From the NCBI RefSeq assembly GCF_011745625.1, contig NW_027191476.1:186001-250000 (forward strand): a stretch of 64,000 nt of DNA. The letters run 5' to 3'. The notes beneath the pieces are model-generated. The model was not told where the DNA came from. It was given only the letters and a program-made list of their open reading frames with translations, and searched no databases. The position numbers were made by a program, and so were the translations under genes. Of this stretch, positions 33,442 through 46,009 are shown piece after piece (positions within the stretch are counted from its first letter, which is position 1; the number at the start of each line of letters is the position of its first letter). The stretch is from Cladosporium halotolerans. Taxonomy: Eukaryota.

Positions 33442-33855
33442 TCACTCCCCTTTCTCACTCAATCTCCCTACCCACCCCTCCACAACCCCCCTCGCCCTCC
33501 CCTCAACCACACACCTCTCCAGCACCCTCTCGCAAAGCCCCCTCACCTCTCCCTTCCTCCCGTCATACCACCACTCCCCAACCACATAGCCCAGCAACAA
33601 CTGATCGCGCTTATCAAGCGGCAGCCTCGGCGACGCAGGATCCTCAAGACAGGGCAAGTTGCGCCGGAGCTCGGCGTAGTGGTCGCCAGCGTCCTGGCGG
33701 GCGACGTAGGATGATTTGACGGAAGCGAAGGCCGCGGGCGACTGGTAGGTGCGGTCTTCGGGGGCGGGCGCGGGAGTGTCGTTCGCAGCGGCGGTGGCGT
33801 AGTCGTCTGTGTCGACGTCGATGGCGAAGAGGGAGTTTTCTTCGGGTTCGGCCAT
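33442..33855 (-). CDS. Hypothetical 137-aa protein
   Basis: ORF with ACGATGG start and protein-like sequence (DRTYQSPAAFASVKSSYVARQD..LLGYVVGEWWYDG). Confidence 0.7.
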   Translation of the reverse strand: MAEPEENSLFAIDVDTDDYATAAANDTPAPAPEDRTYQSPAAFASVKSSYVARQDAGDHYAELRRNLPCLEDPASPRLPLDKRDQLLLGYVVGEWWYDGRKGEVRGLCERVLERCVVEGRARGVVEGWVGRLSEKGE

Positions 33856-34018
33856 CGTGGTTTGCCTTGTTTTCTAATGTGTGATTTTCGCAGTGCGGAC
33901 TAAGAGCGAATTCACGCCTCTCCCGTTTCCAGCTTTTCTTCGCTTCAAATTTTGGACGCAGATGTTGGCTAGATTGTATTGGCCAGGAGTCGATGTTCGT
34001 CTTGTGAGAAGTTCGCGA

Positions 34019-34047
34019 TCACGTGATTTTGGCAAGCATATCACGTG
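34019..34047. promoter_or_regulatory. Two CACGTG E-boxes upstream of the 33855 gene
   Basis: TCACGTGA at 34019 and TCACGTG at 34041 match the bHLH (Cbf1-type) consensus. Function is untested. Confidence 0.35.
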
Positions 34048-34321
34048 CCCTCAGCTTTGGCTTTGTACGTGCCGCAGACGGAGTAGTCGACGGAGTGCTA
34101 CCTACAAAGAACGTTGGACACATGGAGAAATTGGAAGAAACATTTAGTGGTCAGGAGTTACATTTTACTGCTGGTACTAAAATACATAGATTCACGTCTC
34201 GCGTAAGTAATGCAGGCAGCGTCACCTAGTAGGGTTACACACTGCCGCAAAAAAGAGAAACGCCGACCTTTGTTTTCCCCCGTACTGTTCAGTCCATATT
34301 AACCATTACTAAAGACTAAAT

Positions 34322-34980
34322 CTAGTTGAACGGGTTGGTGCGGGTGCCCCAGTAGGTGAGGAAGACGCTGAGGCCGACGGTCTCGAAGACACGGGCGAGG
34401 GCGCCGACGGCGACCTGCTCGAGAGGGCGCTTCTCGGTGGTGATCTGGGCGATGAACTGGGTGGTTGTTAGTAGGATGTCGTATGCCACGGAAGACCAGC
34501 GGAACTTACGGAAGGAGCAGAGGAGGCGAAGAAGATCAGAGAGCCGAGGTAGGCAGCGCCCTTGTAGGAGAGAGTGCCGGTAGCGTTGATGAGAGCACCA
34601 ACACCGTAGGACTGGACGGCGGAGCCGACGAGGGAAGTGCCCCAGGCGGCGGCAGCAGAGGCGGCCTCCTTAGACTTGAAGAACTCCTCCTTGGAGTTGG
34701 CGGCCTGAGCCTGGCGGTAGGTGTCGCCGAAGACCGGGCCGAGGACGGCAAGGGAGATGGCGTGGTTGTAGACGGTGCCGAGGGCGACCGCGGAGGGCTT
34801 GACGGGGGGGAGGTCTGCAGAAGAAGTGAAGTCAGTCTCGTGATCTTGTTGCAATGGTGTGCGCTACGGCGATGGACTCGAACAGCTGCGGTTGTGATGT
34901 CACAACAAACACGGAGCTTCCAGCCATGAACTCGGATGCGCCATTGGGAGGCGGGCAAACGTACAGTGAAGAGTGGCCAT
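34322..34980 (-). CDS. DUF1761-like small membrane protein; exons 34980-34965, 34814-34510, 34456-34322
   Basis: Two canonical introns give a 151-aa product, MATLHYLPPVKPSAVALG..GTSLVGSAVQSYGVGALINATG..EKRPLEQVAVG..TYWGTRTNPFN, with several hydrophobic helices. Confidence 0.85.
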
Positions 34981-36908
34981 TTTGGTTGTTGTGTAGGTGA
35001 TGAGGGTTGTGGTGTTTGTGTTGATGTGAATGTGTTTGGTGATGGGAAAGAGGAAGAGGAGGAGACGGGCAGGTGAAGGTGGTGTTCTTGAGAGCTGGCA
35101 CGAGGCGATGACGTCCTTGCGCACAGATCGCGGGGCTGCCGAGGCGCGAGCTCGAAGTTGGAGGCGGCGCAAGCGTGATTTGGACCGAGCCAGACATCGC
35201 GATCCGCTTCCAGCCAGACATCATCGCCGCATCATGTGCCCATGGTTGGGTACTCGCCCGCCCGCGCGCTTGTTGCCCCTGACTGCAGGCCTGATTTGTA
35301 GCCCCATGGTAATCGAGCTGTCAACACGGTATGGCGCGGTGGTCAACAGCAACACCCTCATGTGCTCGCCTCGCGAAGACACTCGCAACGACATGTCTCT
35401 GCTGTCACGGCCCTCTCCATGTTCGCGTGGCTGCAGGCCATCCACAAATGACGGAACGTCTCCACACCGGGGAGATCATTTCGCCTAGTGCCCGCGTAGA
35501 CGAAGAAGCTCGAGAAGATCCAGGCCTGGGTCTGGGCGCCGCATGGTCGCCGCCATGTCCGTGAACTCGGTGGCTGCACAGAGACATCATGACAATGTTA
35601 TGCAGTTCCTTGGAGGATAGCGTGGCTGTGACAACTGTGGCATCATACCTGGTGTCAAAGCGTTCTTAGGCATACGACGAAGTATGTAGAAAGAAAGTAA
35701 TGTGCGCGACTGTGATCCCGACGACATCCTCACGATTCTTCACGCAGTGTGCGCAAATATGTAGTACACGCGCCGTCTATAACCTGCTCGATCGCGCTCT
35801 CAATCTCAGCGCCAGCCACCTGAAGTACTGTAGTCGCGTGCTCATTGCATCTCAAAGTTTACCCTTTCGCAGCGAACGATTCCCACATTCGAGTCGCCAT
35901 GACGCGCGACAAGCAATCCTGGCAGAAGTTTATTGGCCGATCTTCAACCTCACGTGTCTAGAAATGTCTACACTTTTGAGGCCACAACTACTGCATAATG
36001 ATTCAGATGATGCATTTGCTACAGTCACGTAGTCTGCTTCGATTTCACAGTATGGCGAGAGTCGCATTTGACGAGGTGTTAGGATGAGCTTGCTCAGCGC
36101 CCAAGAAGATATTGCCTGACCTGCAAACACCATCGAGGCAAGCGGACATTTAATCGATAAATGCGCACAAGGCGAGTCCCCCTGGTGTTCTTGATTGATG
36201 CTGAAACTCATGATGACTTTCCATATGGTTCAAACTAATTGGGCCATCAAGACAGCAACGTCCCTCCCGTCGCAACAACGCGGATTCGGACAAAGAAATT
36301 TACGCGAATAACGACAGCCGCGTCGCGTCGATATCTCACGGACTGTACCAGACTTGCGAGCCGCACGTGACGCTTGATGCGACAATCTATTTTCCAGCGC
36401 GTCAGCAGGCAGAGCATAACAACTCTGTCGGAATCCGATTTTGCAACCAAAATTACCTCCGATCACCGTGAAGCTACAAGGGCCAAGTCCCATTCTGACT
36501 CCGGCCAGCACCAGTCATCAAAGAACAATGGCTAAGACCGAGTCGACGACGCATGCTGCTCTTTGTACATGCTTGCCGACGCTGGTTTGCGCCGGTCAAT
36601 GGCTTTGATATTCTTCTTCTAAGGCACTGAGAGGGAAGAAATCCAACCAGTGACTACTCAAGAAGGTAGGGAATCCACTGCCTTCGCTAGGTCGAATGGA
36701 ATCAAACGCGTTGTAAGTGAAGCCTCGCTGTGAAGGCAGCCATTGTGTGTGTGAAGGCCATGGGCCGCCAAAGTACTATATTACGCGCGACCAAGCCACT
36801 ACCAGACACCCTTCCTTCTCTTTTTCGAGCGATCAAATTATCAACATCCCTGGTCTTCACGCTCAAGACCATTCTCTCTCTTACACAAGTACTTTCATCA
36901 AAATCAAG

Positions 36909-37673
36909 ATGGCACCGAAGAAGAGAGGCTCGACCAACAGGAAGGGTTCGAACACCAAGAAGGGTTCGACCGTCCAGAAGGGTTCGAAGATGAAGAAGGG
37001 TGTGAAGCGTGAGAAGAAGACGACGACGGCCAAGCCACCGCCATCAAAGATCGAGCCCAATCCCAACGGCGTCAATTGGGTTGAGAAGCTCCCGGCGGAG
37101 GTTCGCAACCAAATCTATCGCGAAGTGCTGGTCGATCCCGACATCCCACTCATCGACCTGTCCACCACGTCTCCACCGCTCGACCCCCCGCTACTGGGCA
37201 CCAACAAGCAGGTACGCTCCGAAGCCCGCCCCATGTTCTATTTGGAGAACAAGTTCAGGCCGCTGATCACCGACTTCGACGCTAGCGCTCTCGTGCGCTG
37301 GCTCGGCGACGACCCCAAGCTGCGCGACAAGATGTATCCCGAGTTCCAGTTGGACTTTTCCCCATATCCGCCCAAGGGCCTGTGGCACCGCAATGTGTCT
37401 GACTGGATTGAGAACTACCTGTTGCGCAAGGTGAGGAGGCCGGTGCACGAGCCGGGCGTCATTCCCGCGAGTGATACGCCGGATGCCCACGTTATTGAAC
37501 TTTTCGATCGCGTGGATCGGCTTCTCAAGGCCAACGTCGTACGTGGTTTGCATCGCTTTATGAAGGCCGTTGATCTTATGATTGATGAGATGTCGTGGAA
37601 GGATTTCAGGTGGGCAGCAAAATCGGACTATGATACAAATTCGAATCCATGGGGGAGGAAATGTCTGAAATGA
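36909..37673 (+). CDS. F-box-like hypothetical protein with Lys-rich 6-aa N-terminal repeats
   Basis: EKLPAEVRNQIYREVL..PPLLGTNKQVRSEARPMFYLENKF. 18-bp repeats encode KRGSTN/RKGSNT/KKGSTV/QKGSKM. Confidence 0.8.
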   Translation: MAPKKRGSTNRKGSNTKKGSTVQKGSKMKKGVKREKKTTTAKPPPSKIEPNPNGVNWVEKLPAEVRNQIYREVLVDPDIPLIDLSTTSPPLDPPLLGTNKQVRSEARPMFYLENKFRPLITDFDASALVRWLGDDPKLRDKMYPEFQLDFSPYPPKGLWHRNVSDWIENYLLRKVRRPVHEPGVIPASDTPDAHVIELFDRVDRLLKANVVRGLHRFMKAVDLMIDEMSWKDFRWAAKSDYDTNSNPWGRKCLK

Positions 37674-37915
37674 GGGAGAGGGACGGCAATGATGTGAATG
37701 AAGGGTTATCGAGCTGGAGGGAATTCTGGAAAGGGGTCTGTTGCAGAAACGGTAAGTTCGAGAGGAAGTGGGCGGCCGGGCTCTGTCTGGCCTTCCAGCT
37801 GGAACAGAGCTCTTTTTTATTCGCGGTAGAGTCATCAATGCAAAAGATTGAACAAATGTCAAGGCCTCAGGCCTCTCCTCTTTACAGCCCCAAGTAAAAT
37901 CACCACCATTTATAA

Positions 37916-39221
37916 TTAGTACCCCTTCAAATTCGCCAAATCCTGCCCCTTCAGCCCCCACCTAACCCTCGACACCCCATTGTTACCCATAATCCAAAAC
38001 TCCGTCAAATCCTCCCCGACCCACGCGAAATTCTGCACCGTGTAATTCGTCTGCACCCTTGCAATCAACACGCCAAACTCATCCAGCACGTCGACTCCCG
38101 ACCCCGCGCCCGTCAACACATACCCATTCGCCGCAACCTTCAAACCGTCCGGTACCCAGTCCTGCGAGAGCCAGATGGGCCGCTTGTTGGCGATCTTCGT
38201 GCCGTTATCGACGACGTCGAACTTGAAGACTGTCCTTGCGCCCGTCTGGTTCCAGGGGCTGCCGGGCGGGCCGGCGGGCGTCACGTCGCCGCTGACGGCG
38301 CCCGTGTCGGAGATGTAGACGTGCTTGCCGTCGGGCGAGAGGGCGATGCCGTTGGGCTCGTGCAGGGAGGTGTCGACGACAGAGACGGAGCCCGTGCGCG
38401 GGTCGAAGCGGTAAGAGGCCGCAGGAAGTTGGGGCGCGGTGTCGGTTAGGCGGTTGAACCAGGAGTAGAAGGGGTCGGTGAACCAGACTGCGCCGGAGGC
38501 GTCGACGAAGAGGTCGTCGACGCAGTTGAAGTAGTAGCCGAAGTAGTTGTTGAGGAGGGTGGTGGTTTTGTTCGTGTGCGGGTCGAGGGTGCGGATGCCG
38601 GGGCGTTGCTCGGTGCCGCCAATCGAGAGGTTGCCGCCGGATGCCCCTGACATTTTTAGTAGGATACTTGAAAGGAATGTGATACTGTCACTTACCCCAG
38701 TAGATCAGTCCATTGTAAAAGGTTCCACCATTTGGTGCGTAGACTGGCGGATCTGAGAGATACTCGCTGAGAGTCGGCGGATCCTGATTCAGATCGACCA
38801 CCAATTGAGGCAAATATCCAGGCGGTGGCGCAAGCTGGCTCATGAACAACTTGTTCAGACTCGGCACGTAGACCGGAGCTTCATGTACTGCGGGCGAAAC
38901 TTCAAAGACGAAATCATAGGTTGGCGAGTCTCCCAGCAGCTCGAAGGCGCGCTCGTGGTCAAACACGAGAAAGTCTGCATCTTGCACCAGGCCGAAGGAC
39001 GTGTCGTTGGGAACGCTCGTGGATCCGAAAGTGAGAGGCTCCTCGACGGTTCTGTTGCGGAAGAAGTGGTATGGCAAAACCGACGCGTACTTCTCGAGGC
39101 AGACGATGTTCGCACTTGAAGGACCGCACTTCTGCGCCACCGGGGATGAGACGCCCGGTGGTTCTGACTGTGCACTGACCGCTGCCGTGAGGGCTAAAAG
39201 GACAGTAAGGTAATCTGACAT
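37916..39221 (-). CDS. Secreted SMP-30/gluconolactonase-family beta-propeller; exons 39221-38696, 38646-37916
   Basis: Signal peptide. VHEAPVY, PNGG, FNCVDDL, WFTDP, PNGIALSPDG..YISDT, PDGLKV. 49-nt intron GTAAGT..TCAG. Confidence 0.92.
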
Positions 39222-39817
39222 TCTTAAGAAGCTCAGGTACAGAGGAGCGGTGAATGATTAGGGTATATGGGGTAGTATCAGAACGAACAAAGATGCCTTA
39301 CGACTCTTGGCTCATAGTTCTTATAATGCTGTGCAAGGGGCTACTGACATCACAAAGCCTTAATCGAAGCCTGACGACGACCCCTCATTTCGCAATGGCG
39401 GGTATTGTATCGGACTAATGTCCCCTACGTGAGGAACCTGGCTCGCAAAGCGGGGGAGCATAGAGGAAGGACGATCTCTCGTGGAGTCTGAGGCGGAGGT
39501 GATGTTGGAGACAGGCAGACTCGGCAATTGAGGGGAAGCGTCGGTCGGCAATTGAAGGCGATGCTTGGATCCGACGTCAGTCGAAAGAACGCAGAGAAGA
39601 TCACGGCAACTTCCATAGGGTGATGCTCCCTGATATTCGTGCTTCGACAGCCATTGGAATATTCAGGAAAATAATCGAACTCATTTCCGAGATCTTCTCT
39701 CACACTCCGCTAAGGGACCAGAGCGGTCAATCTCATTGTGAGGCTCTCAGCTGATTAATTATTGCCTGTCTGAAGGTGGACAAGCCTTACTCAACGCCCA
39801 ATAGACGACTGTCTCGT

Positions 39818-41661
39818 CTAGAAACTCTCCAAACTCCTACCAGCCTCAACCTCCTGCCTCCAGATGAGCCTATCCTGCTTCGGATTGACACCCGGGCCCT
39901 GGTAGTTGGACCCGTACAATCCGCTCGCCCAATCCTTGCCCTCGCCTTCCTTCGACTTCTTCGTCGCGCGACGCCTGTACCAACGTCCGTAGACCAGCAG
40001 GTAGTACAGCCTGAACGCCAGCAGCGCGAACTTGTCCCTCTCCAAGTCATCTGGGTAATCCGCGCCCAAGTCGACCGCGGCGCTGATGCCAGAGATGCAG
40101 GCAACCTCGTGCGCGTTGACCATCGTCCAAGCAGCGGCGTAGCGCGTGTGGCGCTTACCCTGCAGAAGCCACATCCAGGGGACGACGAAGAGGTAGTGTG
40201 TGAAAGAGTGGCAAAGCTGGTGCCACCAGTCCTTGCGGATGATCTTGCTCTCGTCGATCTCGTCGATGGACCACAGGTGGCTGTCGCGCTCGTTGTTGAG
40301 GAAGATGGTCTGGAAGACGTGGTTGTCGAAAGGGACGGAGGGCGGGAACTGGGCCTGGTAGTTGGTGCAGTCGAAGCACATCTCGAGCTTCGTCAGGTCC
40401 TGCGGGTACATCTTGATCAGGTACATGGGCTTGAAGTTCTCCTTGGCGAAGTCGTTGCGCTCCTGCATGTTGACGCCGTTGATTTCGGAGACGGCGAGGT
40501 CGGGATTGTAGAAATTCTCGTAGTGCTTGCGCATGTAGTTTGCGTCGGTGTGGGTGACCGTGACATCGTTGGCGAATTTAGCGGAACCGAGGACCCTCGA
40601 CTCAGTGGAAGTGATGGTGGACGCGAGAAGGCGCTTGGCAGTGTCGGTAAGAACGCACAGAACGATCTCATCGTACTGCTCAGAAGTTTCAACCTTGTCG
40701 GCATCGGCGTTCGATCCATCAACGCTGTCTGGTACCCAGGCGGAGTCGGTGTTGTGGTGATCAGCAGCTGGAGTTCGGCCGATGATCTTGACACATACAC
40801 CGTACTTGTTGCGACGAATGATGCGAGTGACCTCTGTGCTCAACCGGACTTTCACCCCCTTCTTGACAAGGTTCTTTCGCCATGTTTCGTAGAATTCGCT
40901 GAAGTTGGGGAAGACGACCATGGGGGGCTGGTTCGATGCAACGCTGTTCTTGTCCGGTGGGTACCACATGCCGTAAGTCGGGCTAGTGCAGAGACGCTCA
41001 AGGACCATGGACGGTACTTCCGGGGCGTAGTTACCAGTGCCCAGGAAGAGGGCAACCATCGGCAGAGCAACAACGTTTGCAAACTCCTCGCTGAATCGGA
41101 ACAGCTTCACAAGGTATTTGATCGGCAGCAGAGCGAAGAAGATCTCGAACATGCGCACGACCTTGAGCATTGTGAAGAATCGCTTGACCTCTTTCGCGTG
41201 CTTCTTCAGCATCTGAGTGGGGAAGACGTTGGTCCAGAATTGCTCGCCTTTGCCGAAGCTGACTTGAAGCTTGACAGGATCCGCCCAGTATCCGTTACGA
41301 GCAAACATGGTCATCGTGTGGTGGAAGATGTAGGCACCGCCTTGGACACCTTGGTTGAGCCATGATGCTCCTGTCTTCTCTTTGTCGAGCGGGATACTGT
41401 AAGCTTGTCCACCGCAGTAATCGACGGCATCGACGAGGGTGACATCGAATTTCTCGGGATGGTTGGAGAGATGCTCCGCGCATGTCATGCCTTTTCACTT
41501 GTTAGCTAGGATCGTATGCGAGAGTATGATCCGACCTTACCCGCAGCACCAGCGCCGACAACAAGCACCTTTTTGCGCTTGGCGTTCTCCATGTTGGTTC
41601 CCATGTTGAAGCGAGTCTGCGATCCGTTAGACTCGAGCAAAGGTTTCACGCCTTCCGGCAT
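39818..41661 (-). CDS. FAD/NAD(P)-binding oxidoreductase (amine-oxidase-like); exons 41661-41541, 41490-39818
   Basis: KKVLVVGAGAAG|MTCA Rossmann motif is joined across a 50-nt intron (GTAAGG..CTAAC..AAAG). YCGGQA and WTMVNAHEVACISG. Start codon is uncertain among three Mets. Confidence 0.88.
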
Positions 41662-43577
41662 AGCAATGGAATGTGAAGTGCAAGGAATAACCACCCTCCT
41701 TGTGGGCGTGGTGACACGAAGGAGGATGAGGGGAGTTGCGCGGGCGGTATCACTTACCTTGAGCACCGCAATCGTCAACCAAGGTTTCAAAGCGTCATTC
41801 TTACTCTCTAGCGAGTGTCAAGCGACATATTGGTCCTGTCGTGAAACAGCCTTCATGAGGTCATCAATCACGTTAGCGCGGATCTGCCAGATCGCGCTAG
41901 GCGCTAGGCGGAGATCGGACGTCGCGAGCATCGTCGAGCGCGGGGCGCGAATCCATGATTTGAATCAATCGCATCAACGCTTGATCTTGAGACTTCAAAT
42001 TTTGCAATGCCAGAATCTACAAAGCTTGAGCTATTTTTTCATATATTTTTTGATATTTTTTCTCACCAAATGGTGGAAATACTGGTGCCGAGTCCCAAAA
42101 AGCCCGTAGCTAGCGCCGGCTACAGCCGAGCCAATCACTGGCCGCGTTTCTCCATCCGGTACTCGGAATATCTGGGTACTCAGGGAAGCACGAAATCGAC
42201 TTTCCATGTTGCACCTTACCAAGCCTGGAGACACATGGACGATGGAACTGAGAAACTTTGAAGATTGAGAAGATCCAGCGCGTGTATCGTTATCCTGTTA
42301 CCATCAAGGCAACGGCATAACAATGTATTTCTATCATCCAGCTGGAAGCACCTCCGTATTCGATGTTGCTGAAGCACCGTTGCCGAAACGACATGACTCT
42401 ATCAGCCATTATCTGCTATTAAATGGCCTCCGTATCCTCAATTTTCGGTTCGGGGACACTGCCACGCCGAACAACCCACCACGCAGTAATTGGCCCAACG
42501 CGAGGATTTAACTGCAACCCTCAGACTCTACAGGCAGCTGTATTAACCCACCTTGCTCGCCTGCCCGGCATCCCCCAGACGTCAGAACTGCGTTGCTAGT
42601 CTGTTTAGGCAGCAGCTTTGCAGGATGCCGGACATTTCAAATGCGCCATGTAGTACGATGTGCACATCAGCTTTCCGATAATCGATCAATCCATTGAACG
42701 AGCACTTCGCAAAATCTGAATCTCCCACTCCGATACAACCGGCCAACAGCCCTCGCGCACAGTCTTCCAGCACAGCTCCACGCCCACAGGAAACAGCACG
42801 TACGACTGGCCCGTCCCCGCCATAAAGGACCCCGGGCGCGTGCGCGCCCTCCCCTAAACGCGTACCTCGTGCTGATGGACAACAAAACCAGCTCGTTCGC
42901 CCTGGGGCTCAGCGGCGTCGGCTACGCGAGCGTGACGAACTGGTTCGCGATCGGCGAGATGGGCGAGGGAAGCTCGTCCGATTCGCTGGCGAGCGAGAAA
43001 GGGATGGTGGAAGGGGGTGCGAGGCAGGTGGTGTTGAGGGATTGAAGTCGGGCGCGCGCGGCTGCTTGGCGGTCGATGCGGGCCGGCATACACCCGTTGG
43101 GCGACCGTCTGTAGAGATGAGCACCTGGTGGTCAGGCAGTAGGCTTGTAGACCGAGAGGGGGCGTCGAACGAAAAGGCCCCGGTACACCAGTGGCGGCTG
43201 GAGGATAGGCGTGAAATGTAGAGGCCTGGCGAGGGGCTACGGAATGGTATGACTGCGACGACGAGTTTGCTATTCGCGTTAACGGCGTTTGACTCTCACT
43301 GATTGTTCAAGATGGCCGTCTGCAATATTGATCGAGCGTGGGGATGTGAGGGTTTGAGCGAAAAATGCCCTGATCGTCTGTTTGAAGAGTCTGCCAACAA
43401 AAACTCTTTGTCACCGGAGATTTTGTGTCCTCGTCGAGATCGTACCGGCTCCGCAGATATGGTTTCGATGCAGCAGTTGACTAGTCCCTGAGCTGACCCA
43501 TCGGCCGCAGGCTTTCTCTTCTTGATGCTCTCGTCGCAAGATCGGTTACTCCAACCGAAGAACCTCAACCATCGCCC

Positions 43578-44093
43578 TCATTCAGCCACTATTTCGCCCA
43601 CCAGCCTCTTCCCCTCCTCACCCCCCAACCTGACCACCCTCCTAAACCCCCCTCCCCCGACCCCATCATCCCCCACCATCCCCAACCCATAATGCAACGC
43701 CTCACACCTCGCCTCATGCCTCCTCCTCACGCCCTCACACCACCTCCTGACCCTCCTCAGCTCCCTCTTCCCCCTCCCCCACTCCCACCCCCGAACCTTC
43801 TCCCCCTCCCGCACGCCCGCCTCCCTCTCCAGCGCCCTCACCTCGCGCTCCGCGCGCTCCGTGTCCGCAGCGCAGCACGCGAAGCCGCAGCAGAAGTTCC
43901 TGGACTCGTGCGCGGTGGGGGTTCGGGGGGCAGGGCCGTGGAGCGCGAGGAAGGGGTCGCAGGGCTGGCGGGTTGAGGAGGCGGAGGAGGAGGAGGGCGT
44001 GCGGGAGCGCGAGGGGGCGGTGGCGGCGCGGCAGAATTCGTGGATCGTTTGGGAGTGGGCGCAGCGCCATTCGATGTGCAGGAGGCGGCACAT
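43578..44093 (-). CDS. Small Cys/His-rich hypothetical protein
   Basis: ACAATG start. MCRLLHIEWRCAH..HEFC..QPC..FCCGFACC..RRHEARC pattern. Confidence 0.65.
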   Translation of the reverse strand: MCRLLHIEWRCAHSQTIHEFCRAATAPSRSRTPSSSSASSTRQPCDPFLALHGPAPRTPTAHESRNFCCGFACCAADTERAEREVRALEREAGVREGEKVRGWEWGRGKRELRRVRRWCEGVRRRHEARCEALHYGLGMVGDDGVGGGGFRRVVRLGGEEGKRLVGEIVAE

Positions 44094-45853
44094 TGTTTTG
44101 TGCGATTCTAAAGGGGGGTTGTTTTTGGGACTGGGCGAAAGGGCATCGCGGTGTTTCAAGGGGTCGGGTGGTGTGATGTGCTTGCTGGGTGGGTGGTAGG
44201 GAAAGGGTTCTTTGTTTGGAGTTGTTGGCCGAGTGCGGGAACGGGGGACAAAGGGTGTTGAGGGGACGGGGGAGGGTATCGCGGTTCATTGTAAGACGCC
44301 ATTTCGTGGGATTATTGAGGGGAGGTTGGAGCGGCGAGGAGTGTGAGGTCATTGCCACGAGGTAGACAAAGATCTTTTGCGTATAACAGTCGGAGTCGCG
44401 CGTTTGTTGATATCGTGGAGATTCTTGCGTTCAACAAAGAAAACCTACCGAGGTGCAAGCTTGTTTGTCGAACTCGGTCATGGAGCGACGAGTTGCTTGG
44501 AATTTTGTGGCTTGCTGATCAAGTCCTTGGAGCAACGAGTCGGTACGAGAGACATATGCTTTTAATAGGTTTTGGGTATCTTTCATGTTATGGATATTTC
44601 GATGCAAAGCAAAGAAAAATCCTCGTGTATAGTGGTTCCGGCCAAAATGCTGTCCGGAGAATCGGTATGCTACGACCGCAGGAATAAGCGGTAGCGTGTT
44701 CTCTCGTGCTTAATATTCAGTGACTCCTACCATTATCAATGCGTATTCCCGTCGGGGCATTCTGGAGCCATGATCACTTCAAATAGTGAGCGTAATGTTG
44801 TTCAATCAGTTCTGCAATGTTTTTACTCGAGATCAGCCGTGTGCAGTGCGGTGACAGGATTCATCAGCGATTGATAAGGTCTCCACCAAGGCGAGGATCT
44901 GCAAACATCGTTGTATCCCTGATCGACAGAACTCAGGTAAAAATTTCCTGGAGCTGGAGTTTGGCCAGAGCAATTGTGCACTCTGATCGCAAGTAGACTG
45001 ATGTTCGGGAGGACGACCGGCTGTATTGATGTCTATCAAATAATTAAAGTACCTGGAAAAAAAATCAATGCCATATTACCTCAGGACCACGACGTGACGA
45101 GAAAGTCCAGAAGCCGCTGATCACGACACAAGCGAGCCATGAATTCTAGACCGCCATCTGAACGACAGTTGTAAAGGAGTTGGGTGACTGAACCGTGCGA
45201 TGCAATCCGGACTTTCGGACGCATGACTAATGTACGACTTGGGAACGACTCGTCGCAAGTCTCAGATTGGCGTCCCCACTGCAATCCCGCGATACGTGGT
45301 AGGAAGGCAGACACGGTTTCAAGCGAAGGGTGGATATATTTTCGGGCTCCACGGCGGCCAGATCGCTCCAACACCGCTCCTCACTACAGTGTCCGATAGT
45401 CTTCGTCCCCACGGGGCGTGTGTGAGATGAGGCCGCTAAAGGCGTGTGGAGCAGCGGAGCGAAGCACGATGAGATGGAGTCGCGAACTACATGGAGTGGA
45501 GGTAGGGCCGATTAAAGACCGCCAGCGCCGGGGAGCGTGCGAGCCAGAGCCACGTCACGAGTACGTCGGCTTGCAAGATTTGTGGTGGAGCCGCTCGTTT
45601 CTGGCATCACGGCGAGCCAAGACGAGGACTGCGGTCGGGCCAGCGTGTGTGTCTGCCGCGCGTGTCGCGGTGAGATGGCGCGGCGGGCCTGAGCCGAAGC
45701 GGACTGCACTGCGACCGGGCAGGCGTCACGTGCGGGAGGGTGGGTTGGGCATTCGACGGGGCCGTGGGCGAAGGAAGGGGCGCGGGCGGGCGCGGTCGTT
45801 GGGGATGTGGGTGAGTGAGCGTGGGCGCGGCGATGGGAGGCGTGAGTGGGAGC

Positions 45854-46009
45854 AGGCACCTGAGGCACCTGAGGCACCTGAGGCACCTCGGCGATGGGCG
45901 GCGCTCTCAGATTCAGCGCGGACGGAGACGACGAGGCGGAGGGCTCGGCATCGAGGGTCCTGACGGGAACAACTTTCAAAATCGAGGGTCCTCACGGGTC
46001 AGCTTTCAA
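45854..46009. repeat. Short repeats upstream of GUT2: 9-bp AGGCACCTG x4 and a ~31-bp direct duplication
   Basis: AGGCACCT at 45854, 45863, 45872 and 45881. ATCGAGGGTCCT(G/C)ACGGG..CTTTCAA at 45950 and 45981. Confidence 0.85.

Noticed and set aside
37916..41661. SMP-30 plus FAD oxidoreductase as a secondary-metabolite cluster
   Set aside because: No backbone enzyme, transporter or pathway regulator nearby.
44400..45100. AT-richer intergenic stretch as a RIP-degraded transposon
   Set aside because: Only mildly AT-rich, with no terminal repeats or transposase/RT remnants visible.
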